A stretch of 64,000 nt of DNA from Candidatus Eremiobacteria bacterium (GTDB lineage Bacteria > Vulcanimicrobiota > Vulcanimicrobiia > Vulcanimicrobiales > Vulcanimicrobiaceae). The position numbers were made by a program, and so were the translations under genes. Shown in pieces: positions 30,641-42,273 of the stretch; the first letter of the stretch is position 1; the number at the start of each line of letters is the position of its first letter. Location: contig CAVTRC010000001.1 in NCBI GenBank assembly GCA_963737065.1, forward strand, positions 1,696,001-1,760,000. Direction: 5' to 3'. A model generated the notes under the pieces. That model had not been told where the DNA came from, ran no database searches, and was given only the letters and a program-made list of their open reading frames with translations.

Positions 30641-31006
30641 TTATTTCTGAGCGACGGAAAGAACGGTAATCGCGCGACTGATGCCGGTGAGTTCGAACAG
30701 ACGGTGTAACCGCGGCGGCGCGAAGGCAACGATCGTTGCAAGCGGATCGCGACCGGCAAGCTGAACGCGACGCCGATACGTCATGATCAAGGCGAGAATC
30801 GACGAGTCCATCGATCCGACGTTGCTGCAGTCGATGACGAGGCGTTCCGTCGTTTCCGGATTAGGAAAAAGCCCCGCGATGCGATCGCGGTCAGCGATCC
30901 CAAGGTCTCCGTCAAGCGTGATAACGTGCGACGTGTCGTTCGGTTCCAAACCGGATGTGAGTATTGAAGGCACGTAGCGCGCGTACCTCCAGATAATTGG
31001 ACTCAT
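30641..31006 (-). CDS. STAS domain anti-anti-sigma factor
   Basis: ITLDGDL, VIDCSNVGSMDSS, RLFELTGI; start uncertain. Confidence 0.75.
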   Translation of the reverse strand: MSPIIWRYARYVPSILTSGLEPNDTSHVITLDGDLGIADRDRIAGLFPNPETTERLVIDCSNVGSMDSSILALIMTYRRRVQLAGRDPLATIVAFAPPRLHRLFELTGISRAITVLSVAQK

Positions 31007-31141
31007 CCGTTTAGACGCCGGACAACGCGCGGTTGCGAAGAGAGCTCACCGAGAACAGTTGCGCGCGAAGGCGCCGTTACGCGTGAGCGCAATAAAAGCG
31101 CTAACTCGTCCGGCGCGTTCGCGCGCTAACCGTTCCGCTAA

Positions 31142-31501
31142 CTACTTCACGTTGATGCGTTTGGGTTGGGCTTCCGGCCGGCGATGCAGCTGTAAGCGCA
31201 GCATGCCGTCGGTGACTTCGGCCGCGATGTTCTCCGGATCGACGTCTTCGGGAATCGTAAACGACTTCGTGAAGGTGCGCCGTTCGTTTTTGCCGTTGAT
31301 GGCAAGCGTACCGTCTTGTAAATAGACCTCGATCTGCGAGCCGTTGAAGCCGGGGACCGGAACTTCGATCTCGTAACCGCTTTCCGTTCGCGTGACGTCG
31401 TAATCGAATTGCCACGCGTTGCGCATCTGCGCGAAGGGATCGAACCCGAGCAGATCGCGAGTCAAGGTGGTACCGCTGTTGCGTGCTAGAGCGCTCGACA
31501 T
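31142..31501 (-). CDS. Small heat shock protein (Hsp20)
   Basis: EVPVPG, FTKSFTIP, DGMLRL, PKRINV; AAGGAGGT RBS. Confidence 0.92.
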   Translation of the reverse strand: MSSALARNSGTTLTRDLLGFDPFAQMRNAWQFDYDVTRTESGYEIEVPVPGFNGSQIEVYLQDGTLAINGKNERRTFTKSFTIPEDVDPENIAAEVTDGMLRLQLHRRPEAQPKRINVK

Positions 31502-31549
31502 GACGTTCAAACCTCCTTTACCGGCGTGCAAAGTCACTCTGCGACTACG

Positions 31550-31584
31550 ATTGTAAAAAAATTGGCACTCTTGTCAAGACACTG

Positions 31585-31588
<4 letters not shown>
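31550..31588 (-). promoter_or_regulatory. hsp20 promoter (TTGACA-N16-TACAAT) overlapped by CIRCE-like operator
   Basis: TTGGCACTC-N9-CACTGCTAA at 31562-31588. Confidence 0.75.
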
Positions 31589-33610
<2,022 letters not shown>

Positions 33611-33623
33611 TTGCGCCGCGCCG

Positions 33624-35709
33624 TTAGCGCAACTTGAATATCGCGACCACATCTCCGTACGCGTACCCCAGCTGAAAATTGCCTCCCGCCGCGACCGCAA
33701 TGTACTGGGTGCCGTTGACTTCGTACGTAACCGGCGGCGCGTTCACGCCAGCGCCCAATTCGTATCTCCATACACGCCGGCCCGTGGTCGCGTTAAAGGC
33801 ATCGAACCATCCGTTGCCTTCGCCCATAAACACGAGGTTGCCGGCCGTTGCAAGTGCGCCGCCGATGAGCGGCTGCGGCGCAGTATATTGCCACGCGATT
33901 TTGCCGGTATCCATGTTGACCGCAACAAACGGCCCGTTCTGAATCCCCTGCTTCGCAACGTTCGTGAACGCGCTGCCCAAGCGGATTTGTCCCGCTGCGG
34001 CGTTCGGTTCTTGCGTCGTAAAGGTCATGAGCTGGTTCATCGCAAGCACGTACATGTTATGCGTCTGCGGCGAGTATGCCGGCGGCGACCACTCCGCGCC
34101 GCCGTTGGCGCCGGGAAGCATGTCCACGCCGGCCTTCGTTGGTTGCGAAAACATGTTCCTCGACATCATGACGTATGGTGCCGATTTGCGGATAAGATTC
34201 CCGGTGCGTCGATCGACGATGAAGATCCACCCCACCTTCCCCGCTTCGCCGGCCGCCGGGATCGTTTGTCCGTTTTCATGCGCGTCGAATAAAATGACGT
34301 TGCTGACCGCATCGTAATCCCAGACGTCGTGCTTGACCTCTTGGTAGTACCATTTCAACGCGCCGGAATTAACGTCGAGCGCGACGATCGAGTCGCTGTA
34401 GAGATTGTCGCCTTGACGCGAGGCGCCGAAGAGATCCGGATTTGGATTTCCGGTCGAGAAAATCAGTAGTCCGAGCGTCGGATCGATTGCCGGCGTGGTC
34501 CACACCATCGCGCCGCCGGTTTTCCACGAATCACCGGAGTATGTTTTTGGATCGGTCGACCACCATTGCCATTTCTTCGCTCCGGTGTTCGCGTCATATG
34601 CCGCGACGAATCCGCGAACCGCCCACTCGCCGCCCGCGCTGCCGACGATCACGTTGCCGCGATAGAGTTGCGGCTGCATCGTTTCGCTGTAGCCCGCGCT
34701 TGCATCGGCAAGGTTGCGCTGCCAAAGCAGCTTGCCGGTCGCGGCATCGAGCGCAAGGAGATTGTCGTCGAGCGTAACGGCGTACACTTTTCCGTATCCG
34801 ATCGGCGACGCCGCGGTTTACCGGACCGCAGCAGATTTGAAACTGCCCCAGGTTATACGTCATCGTCCAATATGTTTCGCCCGTCGCCGCATTGAGTGCG
34901 AAGATTTTCATTTGATTGTTGACGACCGGCGTCGTGATGTACATCACGCCCTTGACGACGATGGGGGTCGTCTCGAAGCTCTCGGGCATTCCGGTTTGCA
35001 CGATCGCTGCGGGCGCAAGCGAAGCGACGTTCGAAGTGGTGATTTCGCGCAACGGCGAATACCGTTCGTTGTCATACGTGCGTCCGCCGAGCAGCCAGTC
35101 TTGCGTGTCGCCGGCGGCGCTTGCCATCATGCCGTCCGACACGTTGACGCTCACCGGCGGTGTCGCAAACGTTACGGTCGTTGGTGCCGCGACGCGAATG
35201 ATTTCGTTTGTATTCGGAAGCGGGCTTCCGTTCTTCGCAAGGCGTTTCGTCGCGTTCTCAAATTCCACGCTCGAAAGCGTCGTTGCATCAAGTGCATGGT
35301 TGCCGCTCGGATATCCGTTTTGCGCAAGAATGTATGCCGTAACGGCGAGATACTGATCTTTGCTGAGCGTGCCCGGCGCGTTCGCCGGCATCTGCTTGCT
35401 GATGAAGTCATAGAGCGGTGCGCCGTTACCATAGCCTTCCAGCGACTTGGCAAAGCGCGTGCCCGTCAATGACGGCGCACTCTGCCCCTGTAATCGCGCG
35501 CCGTGACATTGCGCGCACTTGCCGGAATAGATCGTCGCCCCGGTCGAGGCTTGATCCTCGGTGTAGTAGCCTGCGGCGATCGTTTGCTGTTCGGGCTGCG
35601 ACACGCTTTGGTCTGTCTGTTGTTGTGACGCGCACGACGCAAGAACCGCGAGTAGCACGAAGGCGAGAGCGCGGATTCGCGTCAGCTCTATCCCGTCACG
35701 GTTCTTCAA
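33624..35709 (-). CDS. Lipoprotein cytochrome c plus PQQ-dependent dehydrogenase fusion; apparent 1-nt frameshift near 34803
   Basis: LASC lipobox, CAQCH, RYSPL..I, CCGPVNRG, GNPNP, HDVWDYD; GGAGG RBS before TTG 35709. Confidence 0.8.
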
Positions 35710-35815
35710 CACGTCCTCCAATCTCGCCACGAGAAACATTACGCAACCGAAATCCATCGTCGGAAACGCTCGTCGCCGGCTAGCCCGAGAAGCGTCTCTT
35801 CGTCGATCCGCGCAA

Positions 35816-35876
35816 TTGCCTTTGGGTTTGTCAGGGGGTATAGTGGTGAGAAGTGGTGTTTGGTGGTGCCGTGGGG
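35816..35876 (+). promoter_or_regulatory. dcw promoter with MraZ-binding direct repeats
   Basis: TTGCCT-N17-TATAGT; GTGGTG at 35843, 35853 and 35863 (10-bp period). Confidence 0.75.
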
Positions 35877-35883
35877 AGGATCT

Positions 35884-36327
35884 TTGCAGACGGACCTGCC
35901 GCGCTTTACGGGATCGGTGGAGCACGCCCTAGACGAGAAGGGGCGGCTAATCGTCCCCGCGCGCTTTCGCGAACGGCTAGGAACCGGCTTCGTCATTTCG
36001 ATTGCCGAGCCGGAGCCGTGCCTCGTCCTCTACCCGGCGCCGGCGTGGGCGCAGGTGTGCGCGCGTTTAGAGGAAGCTCCGCGCAAGGACGAGCGATACC
36101 GCCGTCTCGTCCGGCACATCTTCGCCCACACCGAGGAAGTCGCGTGCGACGCGCAAGGCCGCCTGCTGATCCCCGCGGCACTGCGCTCGTACGCCGGCAT
36201 CACTCGTGACGTCGTCTCGGTTGGCTCCCTCACCCGGGTCGAGATCTGGGCGAAGGAACGCTACGCCGAGTATGCCGCCCCTGGAGGCGAGGTTGCGGAC
36301 CTTATGGCCGACCTCGGACTGTACTGA
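35884..36327 (+). CDS. mraZ: Transcriptional regulator MraZ
   Basis: LDEKGRLIVP and DAQGRLLIP AbrB-like repeats. Confidence 0.95.
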   Translation: MQTDLPRFTGSVEHALDEKGRLIVPARFRERLGTGFVISIAEPEPCLVLYPAPAWAQVCARLEEAPRKDERYRRLVRHIFAHTEEVACDAQGRLLIPAALRSYAGITRDVVSVGSLTRVEIWAKERYAEYAAPGGEVADLMADLGLY

Positions 36328-36342
36328 TGTGGTGCGTGCGTA

Positions 36343-37212
36343 GTGCACCAATCGGTTCTGCTCGCCCAATCACTGGAGTCTCTGGCGATCCGGCCGGATG
36401 GGACTTACGTCGATGCAACGTTCGGCGCGGGTGGCCACTCGCGCGCGATTTTGCAACGGTTGCGTGGTGGCCGTCTGATCGCGATCGACGCGGATCCCGA
36501 AGCCGCGGATCGGGCCCGCGCGATCGACGATCGCGCATTTATCTTCGTTCCTGCCAATTTCTCGGAGCTGCGTCGCGTGCTCGACGAGTGTGGAATCGAG
36601 TTAGTCGACGGAGTCCTCTTCGATTTGGGGGTATCGTCGATGCAGCTGGATGACGGGCAACGCGGGTTTTCGTTTCGCGAAAGCGCGCCGCTCGATATGC
36701 GCATGAACCCGTACGTGGGTCGAAACGCCTATGAGATTCTTGCAACGGTTTCCGAACGCGAGCTCGCGGATATTTTCTTCACCTATGGCGAAGAGCGGGC
36801 TGCGCGGCGCATCGCGCACGCGATCGTCGAACGCCGTAACGAAGGGCGGCTTCCGAAAACGACGCTCGAGCTTGCTGCAATCATCTCCGGGGTCGTGCAT
36901 CGCCCAGGCAAACGCGAACGCATTCACCCAGCGACGCGCGTGTTCCAGGCGCTGCGCATTGCGGTCAACGACGAGCTCAACGTGCTGCGCGAAGGGCTCA
37001 GTGCGGCGATCGATCGTTTGTGCACCGCGGGCCGCGTCGTTGCGATCAGCTTCCATTCGCTCGAAGATCGGATCGTCAAACAGACGTTTCGCGACGACGA
37101 GCGCCTCGAGGTTTTAACAAAGAAGCCGGTCGTCGCCGACGATGCGGAAACGGCTGAAAACCCACGAGCGCGCAGCGCAAAGCTGCGCGCCGCCCAACGG
37201 AAGGCAAGCTGA
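36343..37212 (+). CDS. rsmH: 16S rRNA m4C methyltransferase
   Basis: DATFGAGGHS, DLGVSSMQLD, FHSLEDR, NPRARSAKLR. Confidence 0.97.
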   Translation: MHQSVLLAQSLESLAIRPDGTYVDATFGAGGHSRAILQRLRGGRLIAIDADPEAADRARAIDDRAFIFVPANFSELRRVLDECGIELVDGVLFDLGVSSMQLDDGQRGFSFRESAPLDMRMNPYVGRNAYEILATVSERELADIFFTYGEERAARRIAHAIVERRNEGRLPKTTLELAAIISGVVHRPGKRERIHPATRVFQALRIAVNDELNVLREGLSAAIDRLCTAGRVVAISFHSLEDRIVKQTFRDDERLEVLTKKPVVADDAETAENPRARSAKLRAAQRKAS

Positions 37213-37218
37213 GCGACG

Positions 37219-37674
37219 ATGGCACTCGCGCAAACGGCATACGCGCCGCAACAGAAACCACGCATTCCTAATCCGCGTACCGCGCGCAACGCAACTGAAA
37301 AGCGCATCGTGAAAAGCCACCGGGCGCGCTACGCCTCGCTCGTTCGCGTTGCAACCGTGATTGCACTCGTGCTTACGGGCTTAATGGCATACGTTATGCT
37401 GACCTCGAACGTCACGAGCTTGACGTACGCCGTAGCAAAGGCGCATCACGAGCGCGACGCTTTGCAACGGCAAACGGCGCGTTTGGACGATCGCATCGCC
37501 ACCGCGCGTTCAGACGAACGTCTGGCCGTGATGGCGCGCAAGTTGCACATGGGCGATCCGCAGCTCTTTGCGGCCGTTCACTTGCCCGCGCAACAAATCT
37601 CGACGTCCCATCTTGCGGTGATCGACTCAATCGCAAGTTGGTTCACACCCACCTCACGGGTCGAGCCTCATTAA
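37219..37674 (+). CDS. ftsL: FtsL-like cell division protein
   Basis: Single TM plus coiled coil; position between rsmH and the PBP gene. Confidence 0.65.
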   Translation: MALAQTAYAPQQKPRIPNPRTARNATEKRIVKSHRARYASLVRVATVIALVLTGLMAYVMLTSNVTSLTYAVAKAHHERDALQRQTARLDDRIATARSDERLAVMARKLHMGDPQLFAAVHLPAQQISTSHLAVIDSIASWFTPTSRVEPH

Positions 37675-37679
37675 GGAAC

Positions 37680-39449
37680 GTGGCTGCTAAAAGCCTCGGT
37701 CATCAGCGACAGTTCGCGCGCGTCGGGCCGATGCGCGCGAAAGTGTTTTTTTATATCTGCGCGCTGATTGCGCTGTTTCTGGCGTGGCGTCTGTGCAAGG
37801 TACAGGTTTTGGACGGGCCGCAGCTTGCGCGTTTGGCTCTCGCGCAGCGCTCGGACACCGTGGAGGTCTTCGCGCGCCGCGGTACCATCACGGATCGCGA
37901 CGGCAACGTGCTCGTGCGGTCGCTCCCCTCTGAGAGCGTCTATGCCGTGCCGCACGATATCGTCGATACGGACTCGACGATCGTCAAGCTGCAGCGCCTC
38001 TTCGGCAAATTATCGCCCGCGACGGTCGATGCGTTACGCGACAAGAAGTTGTGGTTCGTCTGGATCGCGCGCAAAATTCCAAGTGACGTCGCGGATCGCG
38101 TGCGCGCGCTCGAACTCCCCGGCGTGCAGTTGCAGGAAGAAGACACCGGCAAACGCGTCGACATGGCGGGCAAGACGGCGTCGACGCTGCTCGGATTCGT
38201 CGGAACCGATGAAAACGGGCTCGACGGGCTGGAGTACTCGTTCGATTCAGTTCTCAAAGGCCAATCGGGCCGTGTCACGCTTGAAGCCGATGAATTCGGA
38301 CGGCCGATTCCCTTTGGGCACCAGCACGTCGTCAAAGCGGCGCAACCAGGCCTCAACGTCGAGTTGACGCTCGATCCGTACCTGCAATTCGTCGCAGAAG
38401 AAGCCCTGAGCGAACAGGTAACGAAATATCATGCGCTCGACGGTACGGCGATCGTGATGAATCCGTGGACCGGCGAAATCGTTGCCATGGCGAATGTCCC
38501 CAACTTCGATCCCAACCATTTTTGGAAATACAAACAGAACGATCTGCGCGACCGCGCGGTCACCGATGCCTACGAACCGGGCTCGACGTACAAACTCGTG
38601 ACGGCAGCTGCCGCACTCGAATCCGGAAAGGTAACACTCCAATCGCGCTTCCCGGCGCGCGACGCGATCGAAGTGGGCGGGCACGTCATTCACAACGCCG
38701 ACGACGACATGCCTGCGATCGGCGGGACGGAGACGCTCGAACAAATCATTCAATATTCGCACAATGTCGGTGCCGCGGAAGTCGGCATGGCGATCGGCGC
38801 GCGCACGTTCTATGACATGGAACGCAAGGCGGGATTCGGCGGTCCGACCGATGTCGAGCTTCCGGGAGAGAATCCGGGGATCGTTCCGGATCCGAAGGAT
38901 TGGAGCGATTCATCTCTTGCGACGATGTCCTTCGGCCAAGGCGTGTCGGTCACGCCGATTGCGATGGCGCGCTATTATTGTGCGATCGCAAACGGAGGAG
39001 TGCTGATGCGCCCGCGCGTCGTACGCGCGATCACCGATGCGCAAGGGAAAACGGTCTACACGTATCCGCCGGAAATCGAACATCGCGTCTTTTCGGCGAA
39101 GACGGCCGCCGAATTGCGCGGCTTCCTGCGTGCGGTCGTCTTACACGGTACGGGTGATCCAGCAGCGCAAATTCCCGGTTATTCGACCGCTGGGAAGACG
39201 GGCACGGCCGAGATGGTCGTCAACGGTTTTTACGAGCCCGGTTGGTATGCGGCGTCGTTCATCGGGTTCGTTCCCGCACAACGTCCGCGTTACGTCGTAT
39301 ACGTAAAAGTCGAACATCCGATCGGATCGTATTACGGCGGCGTGGTTGCTGCGCCGGCGTTCACGAAGATTGCGCGTGCGGCAATGCTGCATGACGGTGT
39401 GCTGCCGGCAGCGTCCCCGACGCCAAACGCCGGGCCGCACAAGCCGTGA
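37680..39449 (+). CDS. ftsI: Class B penicillin-binding protein
   Basis: EPGSTYK, SHN, KTGT motifs. Confidence 0.9.
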   Translation: MAAKSLGHQRQFARVGPMRAKVFFYICALIALFLAWRLCKVQVLDGPQLARLALAQRSDTVEVFARRGTITDRDGNVLVRSLPSESVYAVPHDIVDTDSTIVKLQRLFGKLSPATVDALRDKKLWFVWIARKIPSDVADRVRALELPGVQLQEEDTGKRVDMAGKTASTLLGFVGTDENGLDGLEYSFDSVLKGQSGRVTLEADEFGRPIPFGHQHVVKAAQPGLNVELTLDPYLQFVAEEALSEQVTKYHALDGTAIVMNPWTGEIVAMANVPNFDPNHFWKYKQNDLRDRAVTDAYEPGSTYKLVTAAAALESGKVTLQSRFPARDAIEVGGHVIHNADDDMPAIGGTETLEQIIQYSHNVGAAEVGMAIGARTFYDMERKAGFGGPTDVELPGENPGIVPDPKDWSDSSLATMSFGQGVSVTPIAMARYYCAIANGGVLMRPRVVRAITDAQGKTVYTYPPEIEHRVFSAKTAAELRGFLRAVVLHGTGDPAAQIPGYSTAGKTGTAEMVVNGFYEPGWYAASFIGFVPAQRPRYVVYVKVEHPIGSYYGGVVAAPAFTKIARAAMLHDGVLPAASPTPNAGPHKP

Positions 39450-40894
39450 GCGTTGCCTTGAAGATGCTGCTCGATCGTCTTCCGGCCAGCACGCAGGTCG
39501 TCGGCGATCCCGACGTCGCCGTGACGAATCTCGAAATCGATTCTCGCAACGTCCGGCCGGGATCGCTTTTTATCGCCGTACGCGGTGAGCACGTCGACGG
39601 GCATGTTTTTATCCCGGATGCGATTGCAAAGGGCGCCGTTGCAGTCGTTGCGCAGAATCGTGGTATCGCGCGATCCGCCGCGACGCTCGTGTACGTTCCC
39701 GACTCGCGCCGCGCGCTCTCCTCGATCGCGGCGGCATTTTACGGGAATCCGTCGCGCGCGCTCGACGTGATCGGTGTGACCGGGACGAACGGAAAGACGA
39801 CGACGACGCACATGGTAGCTTCCATGTTGAACGCCGCCGATCGGAGTTGCGGGATCATCGGGACGGTCGGTGCGGACTTCGGACGCATGCACTGGCAACT
39901 GTCGAACACGACGCCGCTTCCGCCCGAGTTGCACGAACTGCTCGCGCAGATGCGCGACCGCGGCGCGCGAGCGGTCGCGATGGAGGTGAGCTCGCACGCG
40001 CTCGCACTCGATCGCGTCGAGGACATTCACTTTCGGGTCGGCGTGCTGACGAACGTTACGCGCGACCACCTCGATTTTCATGGGACGCTGGAAGCGTATG
40101 CCGCGGCGAAACGCCGCCTTTTTAGTATGTGCGACGCTGCGGTGATCAACGTCGATGACGAACACGGCGCGCGCTGGGCCGATGAACTGCGGCGCAAGAT
40201 CCCGACGCTGACGTATTCCCTCAAGCGCGGTGCGGATCTCGTTGCAACCGATATTGAAGTGAGCTCGAAGGAGAGCCGCTTCAACGTCGGCGGCAAACCG
40301 ATCACTTTGTTGATTCCCGGGCGCTTCAATGTCGCAAATGCGCTCGCCGCGATCGGCGTTGCGTCTCACCTGGGTATACCCTATGAAACGGTCGAGCGCG
40401 CATTGTGGACGATTGCGAGCGTTCCCGGGCGCATGGAGTATGTCGGCGACAACGTCATCCACGCGATTGTCGATTACGCGCACACGCCGGACGCGCTGTA
40501 TCAAGCGTTGTGGGCGCTGCGCGAAGCGACGAGCGCGGTGTCGGTCGTGTTCGGATGCGGGGGCGATCGCGACAAAGGCAAGCGCGTCGAGATGGGACGG
40601 ATTGCTGCCGAACACGCGCGGCGCGTCTATGTGACGAGCGATAATCCACGCAGCGAAGATCCGATCGCAATCATCGCCGAAATAGAACGTGGTATTGGCG
40701 ATCGCCCGCACGTCATCGAACCCGATAGAAGGCGCGCGATCGAGCGCGCAATCGAGGAGGCCGCGCCGGGCGAAATCGTGTTGATCGCCGGTAAGGGTCA
40801 CGAGAAGTATCAGATCGTCGGCGATCAGACGCTGCCCTTCGATGATGCGGATGTTGCGCGAAGCGCGATTCGTTCGCGGAGATTGCGAAAATGA
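39446..40894 (+). CDS. murE: MurE ligase (meso-DAP type motif)
   Basis: GTNGKTT, MEVSSH, DYAHTPD, DNPR, AGKGHE. Confidence 0.96.
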   Translation: MSVALKMLLDRLPASTQVVGDPDVAVTNLEIDSRNVRPGSLFIAVRGEHVDGHVFIPDAIAKGAVAVVAQNRGIARSAATLVYVPDSRRALSSIAAAFYGNPSRALDVIGVTGTNGKTTTTHMVASMLNAADRSCGIIGTVGADFGRMHWQLSNTTPLPPELHELLAQMRDRGARAVAMEVSSHALALDRVEDIHFRVGVLTNVTRDHLDFHGTLEAYAAAKRRLFSMCDAAVINVDDEHGARWADELRRKIPTLTYSLKRGADLVATDIEVSSKESRFNVGGKPITLLIPGRFNVANALAAIGVASHLGIPYETVERALWTIASVPGRMEYVGDNVIHAIVDYAHTPDALYQALWALREATSAVSVVFGCGGDRDKGKRVEMGRIAAEHARRVYVTSDNPRSEDPIAIIAEIERGIGDRPHVIEPDRRRAIERAIEEAAPGEIVLIAGKGHEKYQIVGDQTLPFDDADVARSAIRSRRLRK

Positions 40895-42273
40895 CGCTGA
40901 CGTTCGGCGCTGCGGTTGACGCGACGCACGCAACGGTGTCCGGCACAGAGCACGCGCCGAACGAGGTTCGCGTCGTCACCGATACGCGGGCAATCGCACC
41001 CGGCGATACGTTTCTTGCGCTTCGCGGCGAACGGTTCGACGGACATCGCTACGTCGGTGAAGCGGTTGCGAACGGCGCGGTTGCGGTCATTATCGACGAC
41101 CCGAGCGTGCGTCCCACGTCGACAACGGCGCTCGTGGTTGCCGATACGTTGAAGGCGTACATGGCGCTCGCACGCGCCGCGCGCAATCGTTTCCGCGGCC
41201 GCGTCCTGGCGATCACCGGCAGCACCGGAAAGACGACGACGAAGTCGTTCGTCGCGCAGCTGCTCGCGCTGCACTATGGCACGCGCGTGCTCGCCGCGCC
41301 GGGAAACGAAAACAATCAGATCGGCGTCAGCAAGTTGCTCCTCAATGCCGATAACCATCGCCACGATGTACTCGTCGTCGAAATGGGCGCGCGTCACTTC
41401 GGAGAGATCGCCCAACTCGTCGAGATCGCGCGTCCGCACCTCGGCATTTTGACGAACGTCGGTGACGCGCATCTCGAGATCATGGGCTCGCGAGAGCGAC
41501 TCGAGGAGACGAAGTGGGCGCTGTTTTCCGCCGGCGCGCAAGCGGTGATCAATGCCCGTGATATCGCGTCGATCACGCGCGCGCCGCGACTCGCGCATCG
41601 GCCGCATTGGTTTTACGCCGGCAGCGACCGTTCCGAGATCCCTACGAGCGGGCGCGTTACGGCGATTTGCGATAACCGCTTGATCGATTTTGATATCGAA
41701 ACGGGGCACGATCGCGACGTTCGTGTCGATATCCGCGTGCCCGGCGCTCACAATCGTGAGAACCTTGCTGCGGCGGTTGCCGCAGCGGTTCACTTCGACG
41801 TCGATCTTGATGCGATAGCGGCTGCCATACCAAAACTCGCAATGCCGGAAGGCCGCTACGAACGGATGCAACTACCGTCCGGAATCACGCTCATTTTTGA
41901 TGCGTACAATGCGAACACCGCCGGGATGATCGCCGCGCTCGACGCATTCGCGCAAGAAGAAGCACGGCGCCGTATTGCTTTGCTTAGCAGCATGGCGGAG
42001 CTTGGTGAATCAGCAAGCGAGCTGCATCTGCGCGTCGGCGCGCACGCTGCCGAAACGCAAGTAGACGTCATGCTGGTAGGCGGCGAGTTCGCAGACGAAC
42101 TGTCGGCTGGAGCCGTGCGCGCGGGTCTTTCATCCGAGCGCATCGTTCCGTTTGCCTCGAACGCACAGGCTGCGCAGTGGGTTCGAACGAATGCGCGCGC
42201 GGGCGATGCGGTTTTACTCAAGGGCTCGCGTAAATATCGTCTTGAAGAGATCGTCGAGGACTTGCGCAAGTGA
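40891..42273 (+). CDS. murF: MurF ligase
   Basis: GSTGKTTTK, NNQIG, EMG, DAYNAN, LLKGSR. Confidence 0.95.
   Translation: MTLTFGAAVDATHATVSGTEHAPNEVRVVTDTRAIAPGDTFLALRGERFDGHRYVGEAVANGAVAVIIDDPSVRPTSTTALVVADTLKAYMALARAARNRFRGRVLAITGSTGKTTTKSFVAQLLALHYGTRVLAAPGNENNQIGVSKLLLNADNHRHDVLVVEMGARHFGEIAQLVEIARPHLGILTNVGDAHLEIMGSRERLEETKWALFSAGAQAVINARDIASITRAPRLAHRPHWFYAGSDRSEIPTSGRVTAICDNRLIDFDIETGHDRDVRVDIRVPGAHNRENLAAAVAAAVHFDVDLDAIAAAIPKLAMPEGRYERMQLPSGITLIFDAYNANTAGMIAALDAFAQEEARRRIALLSSMAELGESASELHLRVGAHAAETQVDVMLVGGEFADELSAGAVRAGLSSERIVPFASNAQAAQWVRTNARAGDAVLLKGSRKYRLEEIVEDLRK

Noticed and set aside
31007..31141. CGCCGGAC/GTCCGGCG inverted pair downstream of hsp20
   Set aside because: Only 8 bp, far apart and GC-rich; compatible with chance
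35843..35876. GTGGTG repeats as a novel element
   Set aside because: Explained by known MraZ operator repeats
39332..40933. 533-aa ORF antisense to murE, and similar long shadow ORFs
   Set aside because: Expected in high-GC DNA opposite real genes; no recognisable domains
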